In this document: positions 49,993 to 59,860 of the stretch, one piece after another | How positions within the stretch are numbered: the stretch's first letter is position 1 | Layout: each line of letters starts with the position of its first letter | Virus record (IMG/VR): IMGVR_UViG_3300031414_000009 | Span: 1 to 64,000 of that record | Length of the DNA stretch: 64,000 nt | Direction: 5' to 3' (one strand) | Origin: a virus | Made by a program: the position numbers and the translations under genes | The notes under the pieces: model-generated | Seen by the model: the letters and a program-made list of their open reading frames with translations, nothing else | The model's database searches: none | Told to the model about the DNA's origin: nothing

Positions 49993-50270
49993 AAGACCCC
50001 CGGATGTGGATTTGTGATAACCCATTGTTTACAGCGTTCCATGACAGCTTCCACGTCATCGCGATCCACGCCAGCATCCAACAGACCGGTTTCGATGTCC
50101 GGTAAGGTTTGGAAATCCCAACGACCGTCCAGTCGAGCTGCCGTAATAAAGTCTATCCAGTCTATTCGCAATTTTCTTTTTACGATGATCTCGTTTAAAG
50201 AAACATCAAGCGGTAGACCGTGGGTCGCCTTGAGTTGAAACAGTTTGTCGCCCGGAAATAAATTAGACAT
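49989..50270 (-). CDS. Stand-alone AlaRS helical-domain-like protein
   Basis: GDKLFQLKATHGLPLDV...IDWIDF resembles AlaRS G..AFKLYDTYGFPLDLT...VD..GF. Confidence 0.6.
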   Translation of the reverse strand: MSNLFPGDKLFQLKATHGLPLDVSLNEIIVKRKLRIDWIDFITAARLDGRWDFQTLPDIETGLLDAGVDRDDVEAVMERCKQWVITNPHPGVL

Positions 50271-50338
50271 ATCGGTTCCCTAATAACAATGTGGCGTAAT
50301 AAAACCAGGTACGGAAACCCGTACCTGGCTGTATGCTG

Positions 50339-50938
50339 TTACTTACTACTGGACGACCGTGAGAAGCTCACAGGTTCATTCAGTCCGGTTTCAAAAGCCT
50401 TACGTGAGCGTGAATCACTTACGACCTTACAGACGTCTTTCAGATCGATCTTCGGATATCCGGCAAAGCGCAGGAAAGCACCGCCGATGACGTAGTTCAG
50501 GCGTTTCTGATAATCACGGCAAGATTCGATCTTGCGAGACTGTGAGATCTGGAACTCTTTACGACCGCCGTTAATAATGTCTTGCACCTTGGCATACACA
50601 GAAGAATCGAGCGTCGGGTTTTGCTCTTTAATCCACTGCATAGTCGCCTTAGAGCCTTCAGCACCGTAGCGGCCTGACATTGCTGCCGCCAGAGAGTCCT
50701 GGAAGTCCTTAGCATAAACGTTAACGATCCCAGCCTGTTCCTGGATGTTCGTGGTCACTGAGGAAAGCACGTTCTCACTGTCGCTGTTCAACGCTTCGAT
50801 ATTTGCTTCCATCGTTGCGCCGGTGTTAGATGCAGAGATATAACTAACCACCACACCCACTACACCAACTGCCAGGAGCAGAACCAAAGCAATAGCAATC
50901 AATGCGCCCAGACCCAAACCTTTCTTTTTATCAGTCAT
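50339..50938 (-). CDS. LemA-like membrane-anchored coiled-coil protein
   Basis: N-terminal TM, helical body, Y...L....G.FLRFAGYP. Confidence 0.55.
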   Translation of the reverse strand: MTDKKKGLGLGALIAIALVLLLAVGVVGVVVSYISASNTGATMEANIEALNSDSENVLSSVTTNIQEQAGIVNVYAKDFQDSLAAAMSGRYGAEGSKATMQWIKEQNPTLDSSVYAKVQDIINGGRKEFQISQSRKIESCRDYQKRLNYVIGGAFLRFAGYPKIDLKDVCKVVSDSRSRKAFETGLNEPVSFSRSSSSK

Positions 50939-50949
50939 CTTACTTTCCT

Positions 50950-52011
50950 TTAAGCGAAATCATTTCGTTTCATATACAGACTCACCCAGATACTTGCGGC
51001 GAGGTTAATTACTACAAAGATCAGCACGCCCCACCAACTAGGCTGGTAGCTGTCTTCCAGGTATGCAAAGGTCTGTGCAGGCAACCGCTCGTACTTTCCT
51101 TTTATTAACGCATACTGCTTGGTAACGAGTTCAAGGTTCAGTGTGTGTCCAGCCGCTAAGGTAGCCAACTCCGACAACAGTATCTGATTACCCTGTCCGT
51201 CACCATACGTCATTGCACGGAACCATTTGATTTTACCATCCGGTTCTACGCCATACACCAGAACCGTGTCGTTCTTACGAACACCTTTCCAATGTTCGTT
51301 GATTACCTCGAAGTAGTCATCGTCTTTCGGCGTTACCAACATCGTGATATTCAACTGTTTCGCCTTACCATCTACCTTAAGGGCATCATCGAGATAATCC
51401 TTAATAATCGACACATCCAATGCAGTTTCGTTGACAATGCGATTGAAGCGATAGTAGTCGTATACGCGAGGATAGTCAGGTAATGTAACGCCCTTATATT
51501 TCTCCCGCACCGTGGATGACGTTTTGAATCGATCTTCGTCAACCATCAGATAACTACGCACGCTTTCTTCCGCAGAGGCCGCTTCACCAATCTTCACTGC
51601 TAACCAGCGAGGAGGTGGTGTTAGTCCACGTCTGTCAATGCGATCGATGGTGCTATTGCCTACCGTGGTATTAACATTCCAATCCACATCGTAGGCGTGA
51701 TCTTTACAATAGATAGGATGGCATGTGCGGTGCTTTCCTGATCCACTACATGTTTCACCGCACTTGTGTTCGTGTTCGCAGGTGACGTGTTCCGAGTACT
51801 TCTTTGTCACCACTCCGTTCAGAACATCGAAGTCCGTCATCGCGTGGTACTTACCAATGGACAAGAACCCGACACAGAGAACTGTAGTGAAAAGACAAGC
51901 GAGTAACTGATAGCCCCACTCTTTTAGAGTTATCTCGTGTGGCCATAAGACCTTAGTAAAGATCGCAACGAGTACGCTCGGCGCTGCGATAAGAAACCAA
52001 TAAATGCCCAT
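50950..52011 (-). CDS. Membrane protein with Cys/His-rich loop and TPM-like domain
   Basis: 2 N-terminal TM + 1 C-terminal TM; CEHEHKC...C...C...C; HWKGVRKNDTVLVY. Confidence 0.65.
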   Translation of the reverse strand: MGIYWFLIAAPSVLVAIFTKVLWPHEITLKEWGYQLLACLFTTVLCVGFLSIGKYHAMTDFDVLNGVVTKKYSEHVTCEHEHKCGETCSGSGKHRTCHPIYCKDHAYDVDWNVNTTVGNSTIDRIDRRGLTPPPRWLAVKIGEAASAEESVRSYLMVDEDRFKTSSTVREKYKGVTLPDYPRVYDYYRFNRIVNETALDVSIIKDYLDDALKVDGKAKQLNITMLVTPKDDDYFEVINEHWKGVRKNDTVLVYGVEPDGKIKWFRAMTYGDGQGNQILLSELATLAAGHTLNLELVTKQYALIKGKYERLPAQTFAYLEDSYQPSWWGVLIFVVINLAASIWVSLYMKRNDFA

Positions 52012-52052
52012 AGCGCTTTTCCGAAGAAGGGGCGACTAGCGCCCCTGTAGTA

Positions 52053-52529
52053 TTATCCCGCCAGATAGACAACCACGTTATCGCTGGCTACGCCAGAAAT
52101 TGCACGAAACGTTTTGTCGTAGGAGAACAACCCAAAGTAACGAGAGGCTTCATCAATGATGATTGTATCGAACTGATTGCAATCACCGATAATAGGTGAT
52201 TTACCGCGACGTTCCTGCTCGCTGTAAAACGCACCACTCCAGATAAAGGGTTTGGGTACACCACTGAGTTCCTGCTCCCAGCGTTGTTCGAAAGACTCCC
52301 GCAAGGTCCGATCGGGGAAAACAATGAGCGTCTTCCCGTTGTCTTTCAGAGCCAGATTACGCACGGTGTGAGTCATACCAGTCTGTCTTGTACCCCGAAA
52401 GCCGATCGTTCTGAACTCAGCAATCGCCCTGTAGCGTGGACTGTTGATACACATGGCTCGTTCAGAGTCTAATGCGACCACACCCTTTAACAGTTCTTCC
52501 ACCACTGCGTTATAGTTTACGCGGGTCAT
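52053..52529 (-). CDS. Small P-loop NTPase-like protein
   Basis: RQTGMT (degenerate Walker A), IIIDEA (Walker B). Confidence 0.6.
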   Translation of the reverse strand: MTRVNYNAVVEELLKGVVALDSERAMCINSPRYRAIAEFRTIGFRGTRQTGMTHTVRNLALKDNGKTLIVFPDRTLRESFEQRWEQELSGVPKPFIWSGAFYSEQERRGKSPIIGDCNQFDTIIIDEASRYFGLFSYDKTFRAISGVASDNVVVYLAG

Positions 52530-52556
52530 AGAAACTTCCTCTCTTTAGTTAGTTGT

Positions 52557-53057
52557 TTAATCGATGCGCACCGGAGTGCCACTTTTGTACAGCTTAGTGC
52601 GAGTGAGGGTATAACTACTCTCATCGATGGTGATTTGAACGTCGTTGATAAAACGACTCATTGACGGCACATAATCGCCGTTATCCAACACCAGTCGCTC
52701 GGTGTTTAAAACGCGACCGATTGCGTGAGACGCAATACTAATTGCACTTACGACTTTCAGCGGAATTTGTTCGATCAGACGATCATCATTGATCTGTGTG
52801 TCTTCCAGTTCCAGCTTATCCACTTCAACAACATCACGAAGCTCTTTAATGGCCTGCAATATTGTTTCGTGATTTTCCAGCGCAGCTGGGAGCAGATCTT
52901 CGCCGCGCACCTTCACTACTAATAACAGTTTGGTTACACGACGGTCTACAACAATACCGCTTAGTCCCAGTGAGCTATACGGGTATGCTGCTTCGACGTT
53001 GATATGTTGCTGGTCTTGCAGCTGTGCAGCCGTGAATGGGTGTTTACGTTCAGACAT
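52557..53057 (-). CDS. Hypothetical protein
   Basis: ORF. Confidence 0.7.
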   Translation of the reverse strand: MSERKHPFTAAQLQDQQHINVEAAYPYSSLGLSGIVVDRRVTKLLLVVKVRGEDLLPAALENHETILQAIKELRDVVEVDKLELEDTQINDDRLIEQIPLKVVSAISIASHAIGRVLNTERLVLDNGDYVPSMSRFINDVQITIDESSYTLTRTKLYKSGTPVRID

Positions 53058-53737
53058 TATGCGTCCTTCATTAAAGTGGGGCCAGAGGACAATAAAAGCT
53101 GAAGCATCGAACGCTCCTCAGTGCGATGGAACTCACCGAAGTACGTGTCTGTTGCAAACACCAGCTTATCAACGTGTGGTGCGCGCTTCAGGTTCTTGTT
53201 GCCGTTGAACGCATCTACATCAACCAAACGACGTGGTATGCCATACTGGTCGTTGACATACAGGTTAACGTACGAAGCGTTCGAAATAAAGACGCCATCC
53301 GGTCCGGTCGGAATGTATTTTTCTTCCGAAAGATGATAGTTGTCAGCAATGAGCGCAAGCTTAGCGATACCCGTGACATCGATCAGTGCCTTGCTCAGCA
53401 GGCGCATCAGTTCGACGCGCTCAACTACAAAGAGTTGGTCAACGTGTGGTCCCAGGATGAAGTTAACTGTCTGGTATGGGACGTTTTCGCCTTCGGTGTC
53501 CACAGCGTTTCCGCTGGCGACAAAGCGTTGGGTGGTTTGCGGTGGCCATGCATTGTCGGTATCTTTAAACACAAATGGCTTAGCGAGCGAGCCGTTATAG
53601 TTAGTAAGTCCGTCTTTAGACCAAGCCACCCCAGTGGCAAACATCATCAGACCGTATGCTTCACGCAGATCAAGGTGGATGTTAGTGGTGTCATCGAGTT
53701 GAACACTTAAACTTTCGGTAACAGAGGATACTTTCAT
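53057..53737 (-). CDS. Hypothetical protein
   Basis: ORF. Confidence 0.7.
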   Translation of the reverse strand: MKVSSVTESLSVQLDDTTNIHLDLREAYGLMMFATGVAWSKDGLTNYNGSLAKPFVFKDTDNAWPPQTTQRFVASGNAVDTEGENVPYQTVNFILGPHVDQLFVVERVELMRLLSKALIDVTGIAKLALIADNYHLSEEKYIPTGPDGVFISNASYVNLYVNDQYGIPRRLVDVDAFNGNKNLKRAPHVDKLVFATDTYFGEFHRTEERSMLQLLLSSGPTLMKDA

Positions 53738-53796
53738 TTTATTTCCTTTAAATTAATGATTCGGCTTCTTTATCAAAGCAATGGGTGGCGGTGTAA

Positions 53797-54876
53797 TTAA
53801 TCATTTACTGATGCGTAAACAGGTACCACACGAACTACACCATAAAGTCCAGCGACTTTAGCTTCCTCAGTCAGACGCGCAATGTCTGGATCGCGGTCGT
53901 CGCGGCAACCGAAACGATTGTACGCGTCGAACGCTTCGTTAGTGAACTCGACTTCTTTACCGTCACAGACAAATTTGCCAGTTACGATAAAACGATCGTC
54001 AGTTTCTTCGGCGTCTTCAACGATCAGTTTGATGGTGTCAGTGCGGTAGTCGACGACCAATTTGACGTCACGCGTTACACCCTGGCGAACTGCCGCTGCT
54101 TTAGCAGTCTCTTCAGTGATATAACCATGTTCGTCCAACAGGGAAGCCAACGCCTTGTCACGAAGACCCATGTGTGTCTGTTCACCAACGAACTCCGCAC
54201 GGAACGGTACGCGCGCCCACTCCAGGTTATCGGGCAGCGTTACTTTCATACCCTCGATGCGGGCGTTGTTACGAATCATCTTATCGGCGAAGTTGGTAAC
54301 GATCCCGCCGTTTTTGACGTTGTCGTAAGAACCAGAGTGATGCGTCCAGATTTCCATACCGAAGTGTCCGTAGTCATCGGAAAGAGCACCGTCTGTATCG
54401 CGCAACCCAGCACAGCCCAGGATACGAATGCCCGGAGCAGAGAGCATTGCGTTCCAACGGTCGGCTGACAGCTTGGTGTCTACCCAAACAGATTTCGGCA
54501 GGGTAACAGATGGACCCATGGCGATGGCCTCGCCCACACCGCACAGGTCAGTGACGTCTGCGCCTTCACGGGTGCGTACATCAACCGAGTGGTGCACTAC
54601 ATTAGCACCCTGCGTTGCCCGGAAAGCGGTGGTGTTCTGATATGCCGGACAAGCTGCACCAGATAACACAAGCGGACTACCGTTGCGACGGATGACCGCC
54701 ATCTTCTCACTGGCAATCTCATACTGCACGTTCTCGAGAATACATTGGTCGTCCAACTCGGTTAATGTTACCGCGTTTTCATCTTCGTCGCCGTGCGCGA
54801 CAACGACCGGTGTTGTGCCTGGAACACCAGCGGCCTTTAAGCCGTTCAGCAGCGTCAGTAATTGATCGATGTTCAT
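53797..54876 (-). CDS. Multi-domain hypothetical protein
   Basis: 359 aa ORF. Confidence 0.7.
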   Translation of the reverse strand: MNIDQLLTLLNGLKAAGVPGTTPVVVAHGDEDENAVTLTELDDQCILENVQYEIASEKMAVIRRNGSPLVLSGAACPAYQNTTAFRATQGANVVHHSVDVRTREGADVTDLCGVGEAIAMGPSVTLPKSVWVDTKLSADRWNAMLSAPGIRILGCAGLRDTDGALSDDYGHFGMEIWTHHSGSYDNVKNGGIVTNFADKMIRNNARIEGMKVTLPDNLEWARVPFRAEFVGEQTHMGLRDKALASLLDEHGYITEETAKAAAVRQGVTRDVKLVVDYRTDTIKLIVEDAEETDDRFIVTGKFVCDGKEVEFTNEAFDAYNRFGCRDDRDPDIARLTEEAKVAGLYGVVRVVPVYASVND

Positions 54877-54885
54877 TTTCTTTCC

Positions 54886-55335
54886 TTATTGGAGTAATGT
54901 AGCGTTGAAGATTTTATACAGCTGACCGAGTTCGACAACCAAGGCATTAAGAACTTTATCCTTATCGCCGTTTCGGTGTGTTGCTGTTTCAATTGCCCGA
55001 AGAACGGCTAACAGAGACTGCGCGTTTCCTATGCAGGTTTCCTGAAATTCCACCGGTACGGGTTCCATCCCTTCAGCCTTTTCTTGACTAATGGCGTCAG
55101 TATCAAAAAGCCAAACTGCAAACGCATCGAACTGACAAGACACTTTAGCATAGCGAGATCGAGTAGCGAGGTCTTGTAGCACGCCAGACATCAGCCGCTT
55201 CTTATCCAACTCAATGGCATAGAAGCAGGCACGATCCAATAAAAGAGGATAGGTCACGTACAGATTAAAGATTTCAGGGTAAGCTTCTTTTAACGTCATC
55301 GGAATAACCTCGACATCATACAAAGGTCCGGGCAA
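54886..55335 (-). CDS. Hypothetical protein
   Basis: ORF, start uncertain. Confidence 0.55.
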   Translation of the reverse strand: MPGPLYDVEVIPMTLKEAYPEIFNLYVTYPLLLDRACFYAIELDKKRLMSGVLQDLATRSRYAKVSCQFDAFAVWLFDTDAISQEKAEGMEPVPVEFQETCIGNAQSLLAVLRAIETATHRNGDKDKVLNALVVELGQLYKIFNATLLQ

Positions 55336-55354
55336 ACAACCCGGACCTGAGTAG

Positions 55355-56068
55355 TTAATTGGAGTCGTTAGAGTCGTTGAGTGCTTTGCTCATTAACTGA
55401 TCCACCGCTTCTTTGTCCACCTGACCAGATTCAGCATAGGTCTGATTCATCAGAGAACGGATAAGGTGATGCATCGCGCGCACGTTACGTTTTAAGGCAC
55501 CAGGCTCTTCGCCGGCGTAGCTCTTATCATACCCCAGGTTAGCTGTGGCCTTTTCCAGTCGTTCACAGAACTCAGCGATGGCGACTAAACTACGCTCTGG
55601 CACTGGAACAGTTGGACCGTCTGGGTGGTGGGAAATAGAACGAACTTCGTAAATCGTGTTGTTCACTTCCGGCTCGCTCAATCTGGCCATGTAGGTATCC
55701 AGAGAGCACGGCTTCCAAAAGGTCCATTGGCCGTTGTGGGTGCGACTGCGAATCTGGTAGATTTGTCCGGACTGGAATGTGCTACTACCAGATACGGGAA
55801 GGTTTAGATCGATCAGATGCAGTCGGGTGCCATCAGCGTTAAGCTTCTCAACGATCTTACGCATCCAGGCTTCATCCATCTCACCCGTACAATTACCGCC
55901 CAAGGTGAGATCGCGGTCAGTGCAGTCGACTGAAACCAGCGTGTTGTTTGGATCATACCCGAGCTTCTTCAGTCCATACCAAAGCACGCGACCCATAAAC
56001 GTCTTTCCGCTATGCGGTCGAGTACTGCGGATATCTACAGTAATCAGTTTCTTGTTTTCACGATTCAT
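55355..56068 (-). CDS. Hypothetical protein with N-terminal P-loop-like motif
   Basis: HSGKT. Confidence 0.65.
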   Translation of the reverse strand: MNRENKKLITVDIRSTRPHSGKTFMGRVLWYGLKKLGYDPNNTLVSVDCTDRDLTLGGNCTGEMDEAWMRKIVEKLNADGTRLHLIDLNLPVSGSSTFQSGQIYQIRSRTHNGQWTFWKPCSLDTYMARLSEPEVNNTIYEVRSISHHPDGPTVPVPERSLVAIAEFCERLEKATANLGYDKSYAGEEPGALKRNVRAMHHLIRSLMNQTYAESGQVDKEAVDQLMSKALNDSNDSN

Positions 56069-56101
56069 TTCGCTACCTTATTTTAAGTTGAAGTGAGGCG
56101 A

Positions 56102-56338
56102 CTAAGCCCCTAATGCATTACGTTGAATGGCGGCAACGTCAGCAACGACGTCGTCTGAAACTGCCAGCTTATCGCATACGTCACGAACAAACGGTTCCTT
56201 GCAACGCTTTTTAACCATAGCTGCGCACTTGCGCAGCTTAGAGTTAGACTTACGATGGTTAGCCTGGCAGATGCGAAGTGTGAGAACCAAGTCAATCAGT
56301 TCGTTAATTTCCCGAATAGACTGTTTGATGTCTGACAT
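56102..56338 (-). CDS. Hypothetical protein
   Basis: ORF. Confidence 0.6.
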   Translation of the reverse strand: MSDIKQSIREINELIDLVLTLRICQANHRKSNSKLRKCAAMVKKRCKEPFVRDVCDKLAVSDDVVADVAAIQRNALGA

Positions 56339-56365
56339 TCTATTACCTACCTTTGTTAAATAAAA

Positions 56366-56878
56366 CTACTCTGCTTCGGCTATAGGGCTACGCACGAAGA
56401 AGATGTTTGGGTTGTTGCGCAGTTCAGTATAGATTACTGACGCTGGTCCCATAACGCGATTGGGTTTAGTGCGAATATGGGAATCGCCCAACAGGACCGC
56501 ACAGCGACCCTTTTCCGCATACTCGCGAATTACGCTCAGCATTTGCTTTTCTCGAACAGCGAAACTGTAGGAGCAATCGACATATAACCCGTCTTTGTCT
56601 TTACGATCAAGCTGATGGATTTTGTCGTCCCATACATCAATACCAATGCACGGGATACCAAACTTCAATGCGAGTTCGTAGCTACCCGGACCGATAGCGT
56701 AGTTGCGCTCTTTAATAGCGCGACGCAGTTTATCGGGTGTGTCGAGGATATTGTTGCCGGCTTCTTCCGACAGAATAAAGTCGAAAGGTGCAGCACGATT
56801 ATCCATGCGAATCAGCTGCTCAACACGCTCGCGTTCTGCTTTGGTGTGCAGTTCACCGTAGATGATGACCTGTTTCAT
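56366..56878 (-). CDS. EreA/ChaN/TraB-superfamily protein
   Basis: IYGELH, ILSE, IGID, REKQM, LLGDSH. Confidence 0.6.
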   Translation of the reverse strand: MKQVIIYGELHTKAERERVEQLIRMDNRAAPFDFILSEEAGNNILDTPDKLRRAIKERNYAIGPGSYELALKFGIPCIGIDVWDDKIHQLDRKDKDGLYVDCSYSFAVREKQMLSVIREYAEKGRCAVLLGDSHIRTKPNRVMGPASVIYTELRNNPNIFFVRSPIAEAE

Positions 56879-57522
56879 TCGATACTCCATTTCGCCGGAG
56901 AACATTTAAATTCATGCTCAAGGCCATACTGGTCTTCAAGGCTGGCTTTACCGGTCTGATATCCTACACGAACCTCTTCACACAGCTCCAGCCAGTAGTC
57001 TTCATCTGGACAGTTTTCCCAACGATGATACAATGGACTTTCAGTGTCGACCAGATCAGACATGAGCAGTGGAAACTCACGCGGTTTACGCAAACCGGCC
57101 TCATAGTGCTCGACGATGCGTTTAAATTCGTCAGCCAGTTCATCGGGCAGGCTCAGTGTGTGGCCTGAGGATTCTGGTAACGTGCCCCCATCTGTCCTGT
57201 AGTGTTGAAGAATCAACGTAGTTGCCACCGGGAACATACACCCGAAGCCAAAGATCAACTGACCTTTATACAACACCAGTGAGATGTCCGGCATGTAGAA
57301 CAACCCAGTGAACTTCAGAAGCTGTTCGTCGTAAGCCTTTGGATCTTTCGGACCATCGCTGTAGCAGCTATTGCAACCGCCCGCACTTTCGATTTTACCA
57401 TTGACATCGAAGTTGATATATCCCAAACCCAACTCATCGCGAATCTGTGTCCAGCCTTTCTTAAAGGTAGCTTTATCTACACGCATACCTTCCGGCCAAC
57501 TTACATTTGCAACATCAGTCAT
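56875..57522 (-). CDS. Hypothetical protein
   Basis: Start MTDV. Confidence 0.65.
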   Translation of the reverse strand: MTDVANVSWPEGMRVDKATFKKGWTQIRDELGLGYINFDVNGKIESAGGCNSCYSDGPKDPKAYDEQLLKFTGLFYMPDISLVLYKGQLIFGFGCMFPVATTLILQHYRTDGGTLPESSGHTLSLPDELADEFKRIVEHYEAGLRKPREFPLLMSDLVDTESPLYHRWENCPDEDYWLELCEEVRVGYQTGKASLEDQYGLEHEFKCSPAKWSIE

Positions 57523-57523
57523 T

Positions 57524-57952
57524 TTACGCTCCGTTAAAGATACCGCGAGTGTGGTCACGTTCGTCGTCAACCGAGATCACACCGTTTGCACAAAGGACAC
57601 CCTGAATGTAGCCTAACCAACGATGCTTTTTGGTAAGTGGCATTGTTTCGTCAGTGTCCAATTTGATAAGCATTTCGATCAGGTGCGCTGGACGCTGGTA
57701 GTTGTCCTTGGGTTTGATTAGCTCACCCTCAGTTACGATAGCACTGTAATAACGCTCGATTAACTCAGGGTAGAACAACCGACCTTCGAACGTACGCCAC
57801 ACCCAGTCGAGACCATGCGCAGTTCGACGTTCATGTGGACCCCATACGTCTACCATGGTAAACATATCGAAGCCTTCAGCATGGTCCGGAATGAACGGCT
57901 CGTTCTCGGCTAATGTGCGCTCGTGTTTCCATTTTTTAAAGGTGGTCCCCAT
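57524..57952 (-). CDS. Conserved phage protein
   Basis: K.HRWLGYIQGVL...G...VD.ER..TR motif. Confidence 0.7.
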   Translation of the reverse strand: MGTTFKKWKHERTLAENEPFIPDHAEGFDMFTMVDVWGPHERRTAHGLDWVWRTFEGRLFYPELIERYYSAIVTEGELIKPKDNYQRPAHLIEMLIKLDTDETMPLTKKHRWLGYIQGVLCANGVISVDDERDHTRGIFNGA

Positions 57953-59082
57953 TAGTCAATCTCCATACGGTAAAAGAGTTCGCAGCTATAACGATCTTTG
58001 AACTCTTTGAAGAACTGCGCTGGCCAATCGAACTTCTGGGCCTTGCTACGCCGATTCAATAGGAACAGGTCGCTCTTACTGAGAATCTGGGATAACTCAC
58101 GACCCTCCATGCCAGCGTACTTCTCGACCATTGCATCGATAGTCGCTAACCAGAGACGGTAGTCGGTAGCAACCTTAGTCGCGGCAAGCTCAGCCTGCTC
58201 TAGTACTGGGCTACCGGCAAAGCGTTGCGCTAAATACGCCAACGCATCGTCGATGTTCTCACCCAGTACCAGCTTGGCAATCGAACGCTCGCTTAAGTTA
58301 CCCACTAAGTGATGGCGCTTGATGTACCAGTCAGTTTTGAGTTTGAACATCTGACCATCGACTTGCAGCACCCAGCCTTCAAAGTTCTCACGAGTGCGTT
58401 GTGCTTCCATCAACTCGTCAAAGTCTTTGAATACATCGAAGTCCTTCAGCCGGATGTAACCGGTTTCTACTTGCAGGTTGAAGTCGGAGTTCTCTTCCCA
58501 CTCGTAGATGTCTTTGTACTCACCAGTGACGTTATCACGAATGGCCAGCAGAACCAGATGGTCTTCATCGTATTCCAGCAGATGCTGATGGTCAGGCCCC
58601 AGCTTCTTATAGACGCGTTCAAAGATAACGGTGACGTTACCGTAATGCTCACGGATGTGCCGAACTACAGGAATGGCGCGATTGTAAAATGGATCTTTAA
58701 CTAAAGCGCGCTTAGTGGCAACCAGCAGCCCATCGTTGTAAATGGTGGCCGCGACCATCGACCCGTCGCTTTTGTGCTCAATGCAATAACCCTGATGTCG
58801 CTTGGGGAACATAGCTCGAACTAAAGGCAACTGAGACTCTGCTTTCTCACCCACGTTAAAGAACTTGTGGAATGGACGCAAAATAATCTCGTTCGTTTCG
58901 GTGTCGATTAAAACACCACGAATCTCACGACGCAGGTGGCTGTCAAAGGTATCGCGCTCAGCGATGTTATAGCAGAGACTTGCCAGCTTAGTGCCGGGGT
59001 GGCGACAAACCGCAAACTCTGGCCGACCGACCATAGCGCCTAAAAGCGGCTCTGCGCTATAAAGGTAGGAATACTCGTACAT
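57952..59082 (-). CDS. RNA ligase 1 (T4 Rnl1/RnlA-like)
   Basis: REIRG, RPFHKFFNVGE, KSDGS, EGWV, FKLKTDWY. Confidence 0.88.
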   Translation of the reverse strand: MYEYSYLYSAEPLLGAMVGRPEFAVCRHPGTKLASLCYNIAERDTFDSHLRREIRGVLIDTETNEIILRPFHKFFNVGEKAESQLPLVRAMFPKRHQGYCIEHKSDGSMVAATIYNDGLLVATKRALVKDPFYNRAIPVVRHIREHYGNVTVIFERVYKKLGPDHQHLLEYDEDHLVLLAIRDNVTGEYKDIYEWEENSDFNLQVETGYIRLKDFDVFKDFDELMEAQRTRENFEGWVLQVDGQMFKLKTDWYIKRHHLVGNLSERSIAKLVLGENIDDALAYLAQRFAGSPVLEQAELAATKVATDYRLWLATIDAMVEKYAGMEGRELSQILSKSDLFLLNRRSKAQKFDWPAQFFKEFKDRYSCELFYRMEID

Positions 59083-59091
59083 GGGCTTTCC

Positions 59092-59583
59092 TTATACAGA
59101 AGTGGGCTTAGGCGTGGAGTTGTGCAAACGATAGTGGTACGTCATCTTCGCCAGGTCATCGTCACTGAGCGGTGAAGTGTTACCATCGATTGCCCATACA
59201 CCGTCGACCTTTTCCAACGTGTGGCGGTGTACGCCATGGTCTGGGTCGTGTGAGGAATAGGCGGTGTTAAATGCATCTGCCAACACAACGGCTACGTGTT
59301 CTGGCACGAGGTTAATATACGTAGCGAGGTTGAGGAATGCGTTATTGAACTCGAGTGACTTAGCCCACTCGGCTACTTTGTTATCCGCATCGATCCAGCG
59401 CCCACAATGTTCAAATTCTTCACGCCCACCACTTAAGATCTCTGTCTCGTTGCAGAGCGCCGCTTCAAACCCCAGACCAGGGATGTAGATGGGGTGTTCA
59501 CCTTCGTCTGACATTAACATGGTCATGGTGGGCAGGGTGTCAATAGGTACAGCCAGCCAAAATACAAGATTAGTTTTGTTCAT
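59092..59583 (-). CDS. Hypothetical early protein
   Basis: ORF after early promoter. Confidence 0.7.
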   Translation of the reverse strand: MNKTNLVFWLAVPIDTLPTMTMLMSDEGEHPIYIPGLGFEAALCNETEILSGGREEFEHCGRWIDADNKVAEWAKSLEFNNAFLNLATYINLVPEHVAVVLADAFNTAYSSHDPDHGVHRHTLEKVDGVWAIDGNTSPLSDDDLAKMTYHYRLHNSTPKPTSV

Positions 59584-59621
59584 TTTGTTTCCTTAATCGA
59601 TTGGTGGGTAAATTTCACTTA

Positions 59622-59639
59622 GGTAATGTATATCTAAAA
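59622..59639 (-). promoter_or_regulatory. Early-type promoter
   Basis: TTTTAGATATACATTACC. Confidence 0.65.
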
Positions 59640-59704
59640 CCCAGATGAGTCCAAAAAAGAAAGACGGAATAAGCGGGGAGCAAAAAGCTCCCCGTTTTAT
59701 GTTA

Positions 59705-59860
59705 TTACATCACCGCTACTGCGATGGTGGCTACAATCAATACCCAACCGGACACCGCAAACTCACCCAGTAACCCCGGATAGTGTCCAGCAATACCAAA
59801 ACAGACAACGGCTGCTCCGCCCAACACAACGGTGGCTATGTTACGAAGGTGTTTTACCAT
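59705..59860 (-). CDS. Small two-TM membrane protein (51 aa)
   Basis: MVKHLRNIATVVLGGAAVVCFG...; TGATG coupling to thyA. Confidence 0.55.
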   Translation of the reverse strand: MVKHLRNIATVVLGGAAVVCFGIAGHYPGLLGEFAVSGWVLIVATIAVAVM

